This document shows, piece after piece, positions 63,881 to 64,000 of a stretch of 64,000 bases of DNA. The translations under genes were made by a program, and so were the position numbers. Origin of the DNA: Utricularia gibba (taxonomy: Eukaryota > Plantae > Magnoliophyta); assembly GCA_002189035.1 (NCBI GenBank), contig NEEC01000008.1:3348001-3412000 (forward strand), read 5' to 3'. Every line of letters begins with the position of its first letter. The stretch's first letter is position 1. The notes under the pieces are model-generated. The model made no database searches. It was not told the origin of the DNA and worked only from the letters and a program-made list of their open reading frames with translations.

Positions 63881-64000
63881 TTTTGCTAAAATCAAGTCAC
63901 TGAAGTTGTAGTTGAACAGAGGCAAGAACTACTCAACCAGGTTCAATTTTTCATATGAAAATTCCAAAACACAGCTGGAAGACTGGTCACGCCGCCATGG

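Overview
Plant (eudicot) nuclear genomic DNA with no prokaryotic features, rRNA or CRISPR. The window is very gene-dense: 23 protein-coding loci plus one tRNA-Cys in 64 kb (about 2.8 kb per gene), mostly short GT-AG introns and several spacers of only 220-420 bp. This suggests a miniaturised genome, and a Lentibulariaceae-type Lamiales species is my guess only. Gene order: RIC1 (5' part, runs off the window), ELM2/SANT protein of the ARID1/2 clade lacking an ARID domain, mitochondrial ferredoxin, PUB33-type U-box kinase, TRM (DUF3741/DUF4378) protein, tRNA-Cys(GCA), ankyrin protein, three tandem neomenthol-dehydrogenase-type SDRs (the middle one has an in-frame TAA), small C2-domain protein, F-box protein, RING-H2 ATL, PEX16, mCSF1, LPEAT2, SOC1, CXE carboxylesterase, SYT7/CLB1, BAHD malonyltransferase-type acyltransferase, TBL33, ARK2 kinesin, CML, and a DUF247 gene with two tandem DUF247 units in one ORF. 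The most notable observations are the double-DUF247 fusion, the SDR array with one dead copy, and 3-4 single-base frameshifts that all sit in C/G homopolymers (probably assembly error, possibly real lesions). Also notable are a duplicated splice donor and a telobox cluster in SOC1, and apparently ancient microsynteny. Gene boundaries were read by hand from the sequence, and family assignments rest on recalled motifs, not database searches.
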